Counted from the stretch's first letter, positions 9,349 to 19,170 are shown. The stretch is 32,000 nt of DNA from Candidatus Saccharimonadota bacterium (GCF_013365495.1 NZ_CP046580.1:60001-92000), one strand, 5' to 3'. Notes: generated from the letters alone by a model not told the origin. Made by a program: numbers and translations.

Positions 9349-9388
9349 TTTATTACACTTTTCTTGATTTAAAGATTAAATTAGACGC

Positions 9389-9417
9389 TTGTCAAGCAAG
9401 GAGTATTTTAGTATACT
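9389..9417 (+). promoter_or_regulatory. Candidate promoter for the rseP-bamA-skp-fabZ transcription unit
   Basis: TTGTCA (9389-9394), a 17-nt spacer, then TATACT (9412-9417), about 29 nt upstream of the rseP GTG. It overlaps an 11-bp palindrome, GCTTG-T-CAAGC. Confidence 0.4.
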
Positions 9418-9445
9418 AAATATTTTATTCAAGATTTAAATACAA

Positions 9446-10570
9446 GTGGAATTAATTTTAAATTTTATTTATCAGTTTAGTAGTGGAGTATATTATTTTA
9501 TATCATTTTCCTTAATTATTTCTATAATAATATTCGTCCATGAATATGGGCACTATATTATTGCTAAAGTTTGTAAAGTTAAGGTTGAGTCTTTTTCTAT
9601 AGGTTTTGGTCCTGAAATTTTTGGTTTCTATGATAAATCTGGAACTAGATGGAAGTTAAGTGTTGTCCCATTGGGCGGTTATGTTAAGATGCTAGGAGAT
9701 AGTAATATAGTAAGTATACCAGCTAATCGACAAAAGCTAACTGAGGAAGAAAAATTATATTCGCTTCATACAAAATCTCGATGTAAGAAAACAGCGATAG
9801 TTTTTGCAGGACCGTTTGCAAATATACTACTAGCTATTATAGCTTTTACAGTATTTTTTAGTATAACAGGGTATTATCGCTCTCCAGCAGTGATTGGAAG
9901 TGTAATTGAAGGTGGCGTAGCAGATAAAGCTGGTTTATTGCCAGGTGATATTATCACACGAATTAATGGATATGAAGTAAAATATTTTGAAGATATTTCA
10001 CGTATTATGATGTTAAGCCCTGAGACTAAAATAGAGGTTAGATATACTAGAAATAATGAAGGATATAAGACTATACTGACTCCTGTGATAACTGAGGATA
10101 AAGATATTTTTGGTGATGAAATAAGAAGAAAGACCATAGGAATTACTTCAATTAATATAGCTGGACTGAAGCAGTCATCTTTTCTTGGAGCTGTAGATCT
10201 ATCTATAGGTGAAACTTATCATGTTATGTGTTTGACAGTCAAGGCTCTTTTTCAGATTCTTCTTGGTAAGAGAAGTATAAGTGAAATAGGTGGGCCAATA
10301 AAAATTGCAAAATATTCAAGACAATCAACTAAGAAGGGATTTGTTATGGTTCTATATTTTATAGCTGTGCTTTCAGCTACTTTAGCTGCAGTTAATTTGT
10401 TACCAATTCCATTGCTAGATGGTGGACATTTATTTAATTATATTATAGAGACAATTATACGTAGGGATTTAAGTCCGAAATATCATAAATATGCGGCTAC
10501 TTTTGGGGCTACTGTATTATTTTTACTGATGGCAATTGCAGTTTTAAATGATATAAGGCATCTTTTTTAG
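9446..10570 (+). CDS. rseP: RIP zinc metalloprotease RseP (site-2 protease, M50 family)
   Basis: 374-aa track ORF with a GTG start. It has the HExxH motif in TM1 (VHEYGHYIIA), a PDZ domain (GGVADKAGLLPGDIITRINGYEV), and the C-terminal NLLPIPLLDGGH motif. Confidence 0.93.
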   Translation: MELILNFIYQFSSGVYYFISFSLIISIIIFVHEYGHYIIAKVCKVKVESFSIGFGPEIFGFYDKSGTRWKLSVVPLGGYVKMLGDSNIVSIPANRQKLTEEEKLYSLHTKSRCKKTAIVFAGPFANILLAIIAFTVFFSITGYYRSPAVIGSVIEGGVADKAGLLPGDIITRINGYEVKYFEDISRIMMLSPETKIEVRYTRNNEGYKTILTPVITEDKDIFGDEIRRKTIGITSINIAGLKQSSFLGAVDLSIGETYHVMCLTVKALFQILLGKRSISEIGGPIKIAKYSRQSTKKGFVMVLYFIAVLSATLAAVNLLPIPLLDGGHLFNYIIETIIRRDLSPKYHKYAATFGATVLFLLMAIAVLNDIRHLF

Positions 10571-10576
10571 ATAAGT

Positions 10577-12922
10577 ATGAAGGGGGCTTTTTATTTATTA
10601 ATAATAGTTTCTGTTCTTTTTTCTATTTTACTTGTTGCTTTAGAAAGCCAAGCTAAGACTCGAATAAATAATATTAAATGTATTGGTAATGAACGTATTA
10701 GTAATCAAACAATAGAGTTTTATACAAAATTAGAAGTTGGTAGTTATTTAGACAATGATGACATAGATTTAATTATAAAGGGTTTATATAAAACAAAGCT
10801 ATTTGCTAGTATTAATGCTTATATTGATGATGAAAAGAATTTAGTAATAAAAGTTCAAGAAAATCCATTAGTTAGTAAGATAATGTTAAAAGGTAATAAG
10901 CTATTTAAAAGTAAAGAATTACTGAGGAATGTAATTCAGTTAAAGCCTTTGACCATTTTTGCTGAAACGAAGTTGCAAAATGATCTGTTGAACTTGGCTA
11001 CAATTTATAGGAATAATGGTAAAGTTGGTGCTAAAATTGAATATAAAATAAACAAGCTTGATGGTAATAGAGTGAGTTTAATTTTTAAAATAAAGGAAGG
11101 TAAGACGTCCAGAATTAAGGATGTAAGGTTTATAGGTAATAAAAATTTTTCTGAGGATGAATTGGAACAAGCTATTAAAATGCAAAGTAATGATGTGTTT
11201 AATAAGTTATTTAGAGCCTTTTTTAAAATTGGAAATTATTATTCACCACAATATTTATTAATTAATAAAGAATTACTTGATCATTTTTATTCTTCTAAGG
11301 GTTATATTAAAAGTAATATTCAGCCAGTTGCTGAGATCGATAACAATGATCAAGTTGTTTTAACCTTTTTAATCGATGAAGGAGAGCAGTCTTTATTTGG
11401 AAATAATAAAATTGATATTGAAGCTAAAATTGAAGACCCAACTTTAAGGGAGGAAATATTGAGCTTGATAACTAAAGAGAATAGTAGGATTTTTGATAAA
11501 GTTAAAGTTAATAGTGTGATAGAAAAGATAAGTAAGTATTTAAATGAGAGGGGATACCTATTTGCAAAGGTTAGTCCGGAATATACCCAGCGTGGTAGTA
11601 TTGTAGATATAACTTATAAAGTGCTTCCTGGTAAGAAAATGTATATAAATCAGATTATAATTGATGGTAATAATCGTACTTTAGATAGGGTAATCAGAAG
11701 TAAATTAAGTGTAGTAGAAGGTGATGCGTATAATGCGTTTGAAATTCAAAAGTCATATAAGAAGCTAATTAATAGTGATTTTTTTGAAGAAGTCAAGATA
11801 AATAGCTATGTGGTTAATGATAGTGCAGTGAATCTTGATTTAGATGTTAAAGAGAAAAACACTACTTCGTTATATTTGGGAGGAGGGGCATCTTTTCCAG
11901 GGGGGGCATTTTTAAAAACTGATTTTAAGGATCGTAATTTATTTGGTAGTGGAAAGGAACTTTCTTTTGCTTTTGAGAGAAATCAATATATTTTTTCAAC
12001 TGATTTGGAAGTTGTTGAAAGTAATTTTAATGATTCCGATGCGTCACTAGGTGTAGGTGTATTTTATGAAAAGCAGGATAAACCAAATACTACTTTTAAT
12101 AATTGTGACATGGGTTTTTTTATAAAATTGTCACATAAAATTACAGAAAACTTAACTAATTTTCTTCGTTATTACTATAAATATAATTATGTGTGGGTGG
12201 GTAATAAAAGTGAAAATGGGGACAGCAATATTTTTAGAATAATGCGTGGTCGAGAAGGTGAGTATCGTATTTCATCATTGGGGTACACATTAGCATATAA
12301 TAAACTGGATAATTTTTATACTCCAAGGGAGGGATATTTGTTGAGCTTAAGTCAAGATATTTCGGGGCTAGGAGGAAACGTGAATTTTTTAAAGTCTGAA
12401 TTTGTGTCTTTTTATGCACATCCTATATTAAAGAATATTAATAATGATATAATACTACGTTTTAAAATAGCTGCAGGTCATATTTTTTCTTATTCTGATG
12501 GAAATTTAAATGTTGGTCAGCATTTTTTTAAAGGTAGTAATGAGATTAGAGGATTTGATCTCTCTGGTATTGGACCAAGAACAAAAAATAAAAGTGAAAG
12601 TTTGGGAGGAAAAACTTATTTTAATTTAACACAGCAAGTGGATTTTCCACTGCCAAAGTTATATGATTTTATTGTTATTAAAGGGTCATTATTTATTGAT
12701 TACGCGACGCTTTTTGGTTTGGATGATAAAGATGAAAGATTTAGATATGAAAAAGACTATTATGATAGTAAGCTTGTAAGAGTGTCACCTGGCTTTGGCT
12801 TTTCAATGCCTTCTCCTTTTGGTGGTAGATTTAGATTAGATTTTGGCTTTCCTATAGTTAAAGAACCTTATGATATAATACCGTCATCAAATATTAAGTT
12901 TTCCGTTGAAGCGGGGGTTTAA
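10577..12922 (+). CDS. bamA: Outer membrane protein assembly factor BamA (Omp85)
   Basis: 781-aa track ORF. The N-terminus is signal-like (MKGAFYLLIIVSVLFSILLVALESQA). POTRA-type repeats are present (IKCIGNERISNQTI, IKDVRFIGNKNFSEDEL, INQIIIDGNNRTLDRVIRSKL). The C-terminal barrel carries the NEIRGFD motif. Confidence 0.93.
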   Translation: MKGAFYLLIIVSVLFSILLVALESQAKTRINNIKCIGNERISNQTIEFYTKLEVGSYLDNDDIDLIIKGLYKTKLFASINAYIDDEKNLVIKVQENPLVSKIMLKGNKLFKSKELLRNVIQLKPLTIFAETKLQNDLLNLATIYRNNGKVGAKIEYKINKLDGNRVSLIFKIKEGKTSRIKDVRFIGNKNFSEDELEQAIKMQSNDVFNKLFRAFFKIGNYYSPQYLLINKELLDHFYSSKGYIKSNIQPVAEIDNNDQVVLTFLIDEGEQSLFGNNKIDIEAKIEDPTLREEILSLITKENSRIFDKVKVNSVIEKISKYLNERGYLFAKVSPEYTQRGSIVDITYKVLPGKKMYINQIIIDGNNRTLDRVIRSKLSVVEGDAYNAFEIQKSYKKLINSDFFEEVKINSYVVNDSAVNLDLDVKEKNTTSLYLGGGASFPGGAFLKTDFKDRNLFGSGKELSFAFERNQYIFSTDLEVVESNFNDSDASLGVGVFYEKQDKPNTTFNNCDMGFFIKLSHKITENLTNFLRYYYKYNYVWVGNKSENGDSNIFRIMRGREGEYRISSLGYTLAYNKLDNFYTPREGYLLSLSQDISGLGGNVNFLKSEFVSFYAHPILKNINNDIILRFKIAAGHIFSYSDGNLNVGQHFFKGSNEIRGFDLSGIGPRTKNKSESLGGKTYFNLTQQVDFPLPKLYDFIVIKGSLFIDYATLFGLDDKDERFRYEKDYYDSKLVRVSPGFGFSMPSPFGGRFRLDFGFPIVKEPYDIIPSSNIKFSVEAGV

Positions 12923-13483
12923 ATGAAATATACACAATTATTTATATCAGTTATTGCTTTAGTTATTTCGTTGTTTGCAAGTTATAAGTCTATGAGACAG
13001 CAATCTCAAGGTGCATTCGGTGCAAAGGTTGTGATTATAGATAGTGATAAGGTTATTAATGAATCCTTTGCTTTACAAGATATACAGCAGCAAATAAAAA
13101 ATCAAAGCTTTAAACTACAGCAGGAGTTTGAGAGTGAATTAGAAAAGTTTAAATCCTCAAAAGAAGAATTTGAACTTTTATCGGAAGAAGCAAAAAAAGA
13201 GAAGACAGAACAATTTAACAAGCATGCTGTAAGTGCTAGAGATAATTACGCTAAAAAAATGTCACATTTAGAAGAGGGTTATAGAGATGCAGTAGAGGAT
13301 ATTTTTAATAAGATAAAAGAAGTTGCTAAAAAAACTGCAGAGAAGAATAGTATAGATTTGGTACTATTTCTTCCAAAGAAAAATCAAATTTTATATTCTA
13401 TGGATAGAATTGATTTGTCGGATGTTTTATTAAAAGATATAAATAAAGAAATGCGTGAGTTTACTTTAAAAGATATTAACTAA
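12923..13483 (+). CDS. skp: OmpH/Skp family periplasmic chaperone
   Basis: 186-aa track ORF whose ATG directly abuts the bamA stop. It has an N-terminal hydrophobic signal and a K/E/Q-rich coiled-coil body. This is the conserved position after bamA. Confidence 0.8.
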   Translation: MKYTQLFISVIALVISLFASYKSMRQQSQGAFGAKVVIIDSDKVINESFALQDIQQQIKNQSFKLQQEFESELEKFKSSKEEFELLSEEAKKEKTEQFNKHAVSARDNYAKKMSHLEEGYRDAVEDIFNKIKEVAKKTAEKNSIDLVLFLPKKNQILYSMDRIDLSDVLLKDINKEMREFTLKDIN

Positions 13484-13503
13484 CTAGGTTAATTTTCAGA
13501 ATT

Positions 13504-13947
13504 ATGCAGTTTGATATTGGTGATATTATGAAAATACTACCACATTCTTATCCATTTCTTTTGGTAGATAGGGTAATAGAGTGTGACCCTGGCAAAAATA
13601 TAAAAGCAATTAAGAATGTAACTTTTAATGAGCCATTTTTTGTTGGTCACTTTTCTCATTATCCAATAATGCCAGGGGTTTTGATAGTTGAGTCTTTAGC
13701 TCAGGCATCCGCAATATGCATTTTAGGTAGTAGAAGAAGTCAAAATATGATTAAAAATACAATTATTTATTTTATGTCTATTAAAAATGCAAAATTTAGG
13801 AAGCCAGTTGTTCCAGGAGATACGTTAATTCTTCAGGCTAATGTTAAAGATGCGCGTTTGAGCGCATATAAGTTTGAGTGTGTTGCATATGTTAATGAGA
13901 AAAAGGTTGCAGAGACGATAATTTTAGCTATGTTGCAAAATATGTAG
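13504..13947 (+). CDS. fabZ: 3-hydroxyacyl-ACP dehydratase FabZ
   Basis: 147-aa track ORF. Hot-dog fold motifs are present: LPHSYPFLLVDRV, FFVGHFSHYPIMPGVLIVESLAQ and PGDTLIL. Confidence 0.93.
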   Translation: MQFDIGDIMKILPHSYPFLLVDRVIECDPGKNIKAIKNVTFNEPFFVGHFSHYPIMPGVLIVESLAQASAICILGSRRSQNMIKNTIIYFMSIKNAKFRKPVVPGDTLILQANVKDARLSAYKFECVAYVNEKKVAETIILAMLQNM

Positions 13948-13969
13948 GAATTTTGTCTATCAAGACAGT

Positions 13970-16903
13970 ATGCATTTTGTATGTATGGTGATACAGTTAA
14001 ATTTTAACATCTCATTTTTAGATTTGTATACGCGTGATGGACTAGTAAAACTAGATAAGATATTTTTGGATTATGTCGAATTATATAATAGGGATTTATT
14101 ATGTTTGTTGATTGAGGCTAGAAAAAAAGCAACTTCTTCTTTAGTGTCATCTCAATGCTTGGCATTGGAGTCTGATAAATCTAGTAAACAATTAGTATCA
14201 GCGATTCGAGTTACGTCTGATAGTCAGCTAATTATCGATCTTTCATATTTACTTGATAAATTTATTTCAGAGCTTTTCAGGCTTGAGAAGGAAATAGAAG
14301 AACTAAAAAGAAAGCATGATGATTTTGCTTTGATATATAAGTGCAAAAGATTATTTGTTCAGCGTTATGCATTAAAGATGTATCCTGATGTGGCAAATAT
14401 TGATATTGATTATGTTGTTAGTGAATTAAGTCATTTTTTTACTTTACCAGTGGTAGAAAAAAGATTTGCTGAGCAAGTGATGCATTGGTTGGAAGATAGA
14501 GAGAATTATAGAAAAGAGATAGGGCTTGCGGCACAATATGCAGTATGGAGGGTAAAGAATGAACAGAGCATACTTTTTAATATTCATAGAAAGCTTGATC
14601 ATGAAAATCTTGTAGCGTTTTTTAAAAAAGAAGTAGATGGAGTTGAGATTTTATATTCAAAAGAAATAAAAAGAAGGTATGGTTTTGATTTAACAAGTCA
14701 AAAGGTTAGCTTGAGTCAAGAATTGGATAATGTTCACTATTGTATATTTTGTCATAAGCAGCAGAAAGATAGTTGCTCAAAAGGATTAATCAATGACAAC
14801 AAGACCTTTAAGGTTTCTCCACTCAAGGTTGAACTGCACGGTTGTCCGTTAGAGCAAAAAATATCAGAAATGAATTTGGTGAAAAGTAAAGGCTATAGCA
14901 TAGCCAGCCTTGCAATTATAATGATAGATAATCCATTGTGTGCGGCTACTGGATACAGAATATGTAACGATTGTATAAATTCGTGTATATATCAAAAACA
15001 AGAACCTGTAAATGTGCCGATGGTTGAAACAAGAATTTTGGATGATGTGCTTGGTTTGACGTATGGGTTTGAAATATATTCTTTACTTAGTCGTTGGAAC
15101 CCCTTAAATTTTCAACGGCCATTGCCAAAAGAAAATACTGGTAAAAATATTTTAATTGTAGGTCTTGGTCCTGCTGGGTTTAATTTAGCTTATCATTTAT
15201 TGAATGATGGGCATAATGTTGTTGCTATTGATGGATTAAAGATTGAACCTTTAGTTGATAATTTTCAGCCAATTAAAAGTTTTAAACATGAAAGGTTGAG
15301 TAGACGTTTAGTTGGTGGATTTGGTGGAGTGGCAGAATATGGCATTACTTCTAGGTGGAATAAAAATTATTTAAAAATTATTAGATTGTTGTTAGAAAGA
15401 CATAAGAATTTTGCTCTTTATGGAGGTATTCGTTTTGGTGGTACAATAACTGTTGATGATGCATTTAATTTGGGGTTTGATCATATTGCTTTAGCGCTTG
15501 GTTCTGGCAAGCCACGAATGATCAAAGTAAAGAATGTACTAGCTCGTGGAGTGCGTATGGCATCAGATTTTTTGATGTCATTACAACTTACTGGTGCCCT
15601 TAAATTTGATTCTATAGCAAATTTACAAGTTCGTGTACCTATAATTGTTATAGGTGCAGGACTTACTGCAATTGATACCGCTACTGAAGCTTTGGCATAT
15701 TACCCTATTCAAATAGAGAAATTTCTTTTTCGTTATGAAACATTAGTTAGTAAATATGGAAAAAGCTATATTGAAAGAGGTTGGACTGGGGAAGAATATG
15801 AAATTGCAGCTGAGTTTATATTACATGCACAACTAATTAGAAAAGAACGAGAATTAGCAAAAAAAGAGAATAGAGAAGCGAAGGTATTGGAATTAGTACA
15901 AAGTTTTGGGGGGGTAAAAGTTATATATAGGGGGTGTCTAAAAGATTCTTCGAGTTATCGACTTAATAATAAAGAGCTACAAAATGCTTTATTAGAAGGG
16001 GTTTATTTTGTTGAGAATCTAGAGCCGATTGAAATAATAACAGATAAATATCATCATGCTGAATCGATAAAGTTAAAAGATACAAAATTTGGAAAAATAA
16101 AATATATAAAAGCTCGCTCTATCTTTATAGCAGTAGGTACTGAACCAAATACAGTTGTTGCATTAGAAGATGAAGAGAGTTTTAAATTGAGTAATGGATA
16201 TTTTACTCATTTAAGTTCATTAGGGGAAGAAGTAGATCAAGTATTTTCTCCTAAAATGCAGAATAAAGATAGAATATTAGTATATAATCGAGGTGGTAAA
16301 ACGATTAGTTTTTTTGGTGATCTTCATCCTTCATATAGGGGAAGTGTCGTAAAAGCTATGGCAAGTGTTAAAAACGGTTATCCTATCATTTCTCAGCTTT
16401 TGAGTAGAGTTGGCACTACTTCTTCATTTCAGGTTTCAGTATCATCACACACACATTTGTATAAGTATTGTGGTATAAAAGTAAATCCTGTTAGAGAGGA
16501 TATTATTCAGGTGGCTGATGACGTTGAAATTCAGAAAAAATGTAAAAGTCAGGTTAATGAAAAATTTTTTAACAAGATCAAAGAGCAATTTACTGCAAGG
16601 GTCATAAAAGTTCAATATTTGACTGATAAAGTTGTGGAGATAATAGTTAAAGCACCTCTTGCTGCAAAAAATTTTAAACCTGGACAGTTTTTTAGGTTAC
16701 AAAATTTTGAAACTAATAGCAGAAAAATTAATCTTGCTATGGAGGGTATAGCTGTAACTGGCAGTGAAGTTAATAAGAAAAAGGGAATTATTTCCACAAT
16801 TGTTCTTGAAACTGGTGGTTCTACTAATTTATGTAGATACCTTAAAGAAGGCGAAGAAATAGTTCTTATGGGCCCAACTGGATGTCCTACTGAAATTTAT
16901 TAA
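13970..16903 (+). CDS. Multidomain Fe-S/FAD pyridine-nucleotide oxidoreductase: unknown N-terminal domain, GltD-like core, C-terminal FNR-type FAD-binding barrel
   Basis: 977-aa track ORF. Cys clusters resemble the GltD N-terminus (CIFCHKQQKDSC...GCPLEQKI...NPLCAATGYRICNDCINSC). There are two Rossmann GxGxxG sites (ILIVGLGPAGFNLA and IIVIGAGLTAIDTA). The last 104 aa (FTARVIKV...PGQFFRLQNFE...IVLMGPTGCP) resemble a ferredoxin-reductase FAD barrel. Confidence 0.7.
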   Translation: MHFVCMVIQLNFNISFLDLYTRDGLVKLDKIFLDYVELYNRDLLCLLIEARKKATSSLVSSQCLALESDKSSKQLVSAIRVTSDSQLIIDLSYLLDKFISELFRLEKEIEELKRKHDDFALIYKCKRLFVQRYALKMYPDVANIDIDYVVSELSHFFTLPVVEKRFAEQVMHWLEDRENYRKEIGLAAQYAVWRVKNEQSILFNIHRKLDHENLVAFFKKEVDGVEILYSKEIKRRYGFDLTSQKVSLSQELDNVHYCIFCHKQQKDSCSKGLINDNKTFKVSPLKVELHGCPLEQKISEMNLVKSKGYSIASLAIIMIDNPLCAATGYRICNDCINSCIYQKQEPVNVPMVETRILDDVLGLTYGFEIYSLLSRWNPLNFQRPLPKENTGKNILIVGLGPAGFNLAYHLLNDGHNVVAIDGLKIEPLVDNFQPIKSFKHERLSRRLVGGFGGVAEYGITSRWNKNYLKIIRLLLERHKNFALYGGIRFGGTITVDDAFNLGFDHIALALGSGKPRMIKVKNVLARGVRMASDFLMSLQLTGALKFDSIANLQVRVPIIVIGAGLTAIDTATEALAYYPIQIEKFLFRYETLVSKYGKSYIERGWTGEEYEIAAEFILHAQLIRKERELAKKENREAKVLELVQSFGGVKVIYRGCLKDSSSYRLNNKELQNALLEGVYFVENLEPIEIITDKYHHAESIKLKDTKFGKIKYIKARSIFIAVGTEPNTVVALEDEESFKLSNGYFTHLSSLGEEVDQVFSPKMQNKDRILVYNRGGKTISFFGDLHPSYRGSVVKAMASVKNGYPIISQLLSRVGTTSSFQVSVSSHTHLYKYCGIKVNPVREDIIQVADDVEIQKKCKSQVNEKFFNKIKEQFTARVIKVQYLTDKVVEIIVKAPLAAKNFKPGQFFRLQNFETNSRKINLAMEGIAVTGSEVNKKKGIISTIVLETGGSTNLCRYLKEGEEIVLMGPTGCPTEIY

Positions 16904-17322
16904 ATCTATTTTATTATTATGTTATGTGATTTTTAGTTAGAGTATTATGATATGTTACTTAGTACCCTTTTTTAGGAAATAGTATTAATAAGTTAAGAGT
17001 AGTATGGAAAACTTTAAATATATTATGCATAAATGTATATTAATATATGTATTGATTATTTAATTATGTTTATGTAAAAATGGAAATTTGTTAAGTAGTT
17101 CTCAGTTGGTGATATGTTATAGAATGTAATGTTTTGTAAGTTTTTATAAGGTTTACAGTTTTTAATTTTTGTGTTATTTAATTTTTCTTTTTTTTTTAGC
17201 AGAGCTGAATTACGCTGTGTTTATATTGTTTCAGTACTTTTTATATATTATAGTATATACTATTATTAATGTCTTGTGTCATTATTTATATTTTGAATAA
17301 GTAATGTTAAATTTGAGAAATG

Positions 17323-17378
17323 TTATATACTTTTTATAATAAAATTATCATGATAATTTTATTATAAAAAGTATATAA
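17323..17378. repeat. Perfect 56-bp palindrome (28 + 28 bp, no spacer)
   Basis: I checked it pair by pair around the centre at 17350|17351. All 28 pairs are Watson-Crick: ttatatactttttataataaaattatca|tgataattttattataaaaagtatataa. Only two pairs are G:C. Confidence 0.97.
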
Positions 17379-17619
17379 TTTATTTATACCTATATATAAA
17401 CTTAAGATAAATTATATAGTATATCATATAGTGAATATATTAAGTGAACCTACTTATTGTTAAAGCTCTTGGTTAGATTGAATTGAATCTAATGATTTTC
17501 TTATAACCTAAGTATAATTCAGGGAGGTGATTTATAATTAATGCTTAAAAAGAAATGGTGTAAAAGTTGATTTTATATCTATTTATTAAGTATAATGAAC
17601 TGTATTGATTTGAGTTATT

Positions 17620-19170
17620 GTGCAGTTCTATAAATTTTTACTGTTACTTTTATTAATTATATTGATAATTATAGTATCAATACTGCCTGAAGAGTTAGGT
17701 ACAATAGTAAGTTGGTCTTATCCAGTTTTAAGTTTTAATTTATCTTTACGTGTTATATTGGTAGTTTTTTTGTTCACTGCATTCCTAATTATTTTATCAG
17801 CAAAAATTTTGAGCTTTTCAGAAATGTTATTTCTTTTTATTTATACTGTTAGTTCATTGTGTGCGGTCTTATCTAAGAAAACAATATTGCTTGTAATATT
17901 TTGTGAATTAATGGCTATTAGTGCGTCTTTTATTATTGCTAGTAGTCAAAATATTAACTCTGCAATAAGATATTCTTGTATACACTTTTTTGCTGGAATT
18001 ATATTAATGGTAGGATTAGCAGCTCAAAACATTAATTTAATAAGCATAGGCTTGCTAATAAATTGTGCTTGTTTTCCTTTTTCATTTTGGGTTGTTGATG
18101 CATACCCTGCTGTATCATTACATAGTACTGCATATCTTTCTTTATTTACTACTAAAGTGTCTTTTTTAATTATGCTTTTACATGTTTATAGTATATCTGC
18201 TGAAATTCTAGTATTTTTAGGATCTATTACCGTAATTTATAGTATTATATTTGCTGCTCTTGAACAAAGTATCCGTAGATTTTTGTGCTACAATATTGTG
18301 GGACAAATGGGTTTGCTTATCTTTGCAAGGGGTTTACTTAACTTTTCAGAAAAAACCGTACCAGTTTTGCTACTGCACATAGTTTTCTCTCTTAGTTGTC
18401 AATCATTACTGTTTATGGTTGCTAATTCAATTAGCTCACAAACAAAAGTAATTAATTTTAGTAGAGTGAGCAAACTCATGTCAGCTGAAGGTATATATGC
18501 TTTAATTGCAGTGCTTACGATGGTTGGATTTCCTGGAACTGCTGGATTTATTAGTAAGTCATGTATTATAGCTGAAATTGAGATGAATAATCATAATTTA
18601 GAATTATATAAGAATTTATATAAATTTCTCAATTTATTACTTTATTTAAGTATAGGTTTCAAATTTCTTTATTACATGTTTATTGTTAAAGGTAAAAGTA
18701 GTAGATTTTTGGAAAAAAAGGATAGTCAAGTAATAATGGCTATTTTAGCACTTGTGTGCGTGGTTGCTGGTAATCCTTACTTACCTATTTATAATAAGTC
18801 TTTGATTTTTAGTTTTGTATATAGTATAAAAAATGTTTGGTCGCAGTTTATTTTACTATTGTTTACTACTTTACTGTTTATTCCTTTACGTAAATTCTTT
18901 TTACCAAGAATAAATTTTAAAATGGATGTAGATTGGACTTTTAGAGTTTTCGTACCTAATATTGCTTTATTGCTTGGTAAATTACTTTGTAAAGTAAGGA
19001 AAGTATTTGTTGGTGTATTACAAAACTTGAGTAATTTACTTATTGATTTATATTTCAGTAGTGCTATTAAACTTGGAAAAGCACTAAATTATAACTCAGT
19101 GAGTTTTGTTTCAGCTTCTTCTCTTTTTTTGATGGGTGTTTTACTAGTGCTATTATGTTTAAATCATTAA
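17620..19170 (+). CDS. Proton-conducting membrane transporter family protein (Mrp/Mnh antiporter subunit D-like, NuoL/M/N superfamily)
   Basis: 516-aa polytopic track ORF with a GTG start. FSFWVVDAYPAVSLHSTAYLSLFTTKVSFLIMLL resembles the WLPxAxxxPxPxSAxLxxxxxKxGxYxLxR core of this family. YNIVGQMGLLIFA resembles the downstream family motif. The assignment to a specific subunit is tentative. Confidence 0.6.
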   Translation: MQFYKFLLLLLLIILIIIVSILPEELGTIVSWSYPVLSFNLSLRVILVVFLFTAFLIILSAKILSFSEMLFLFIYTVSSLCAVLSKKTILLVIFCELMAISASFIIASSQNINSAIRYSCIHFFAGIILMVGLAAQNINLISIGLLINCACFPFSFWVVDAYPAVSLHSTAYLSLFTTKVSFLIMLLHVYSISAEILVFLGSITVIYSIIFAALEQSIRRFLCYNIVGQMGLLIFARGLLNFSEKTVPVLLLHIVFSLSCQSLLFMVANSISSQTKVINFSRVSKLMSAEGIYALIAVLTMVGFPGTAGFISKSCIIAEIEMNNHNLELYKNLYKFLNLLLYLSIGFKFLYYMFIVKGKSSRFLEKKDSQVIMAILALVCVVAGNPYLPIYNKSLIFSFVYSIKNVWSQFILLLFTTLLFIPLRKFFLPRINFKMDVDWTFRVFVPNIALLLGKLLCKVRKVFVGVLQNLSNLLIDLYFSSAIKLGKALNYNSVSFVSASSLFLMGVLLVLLCLNH

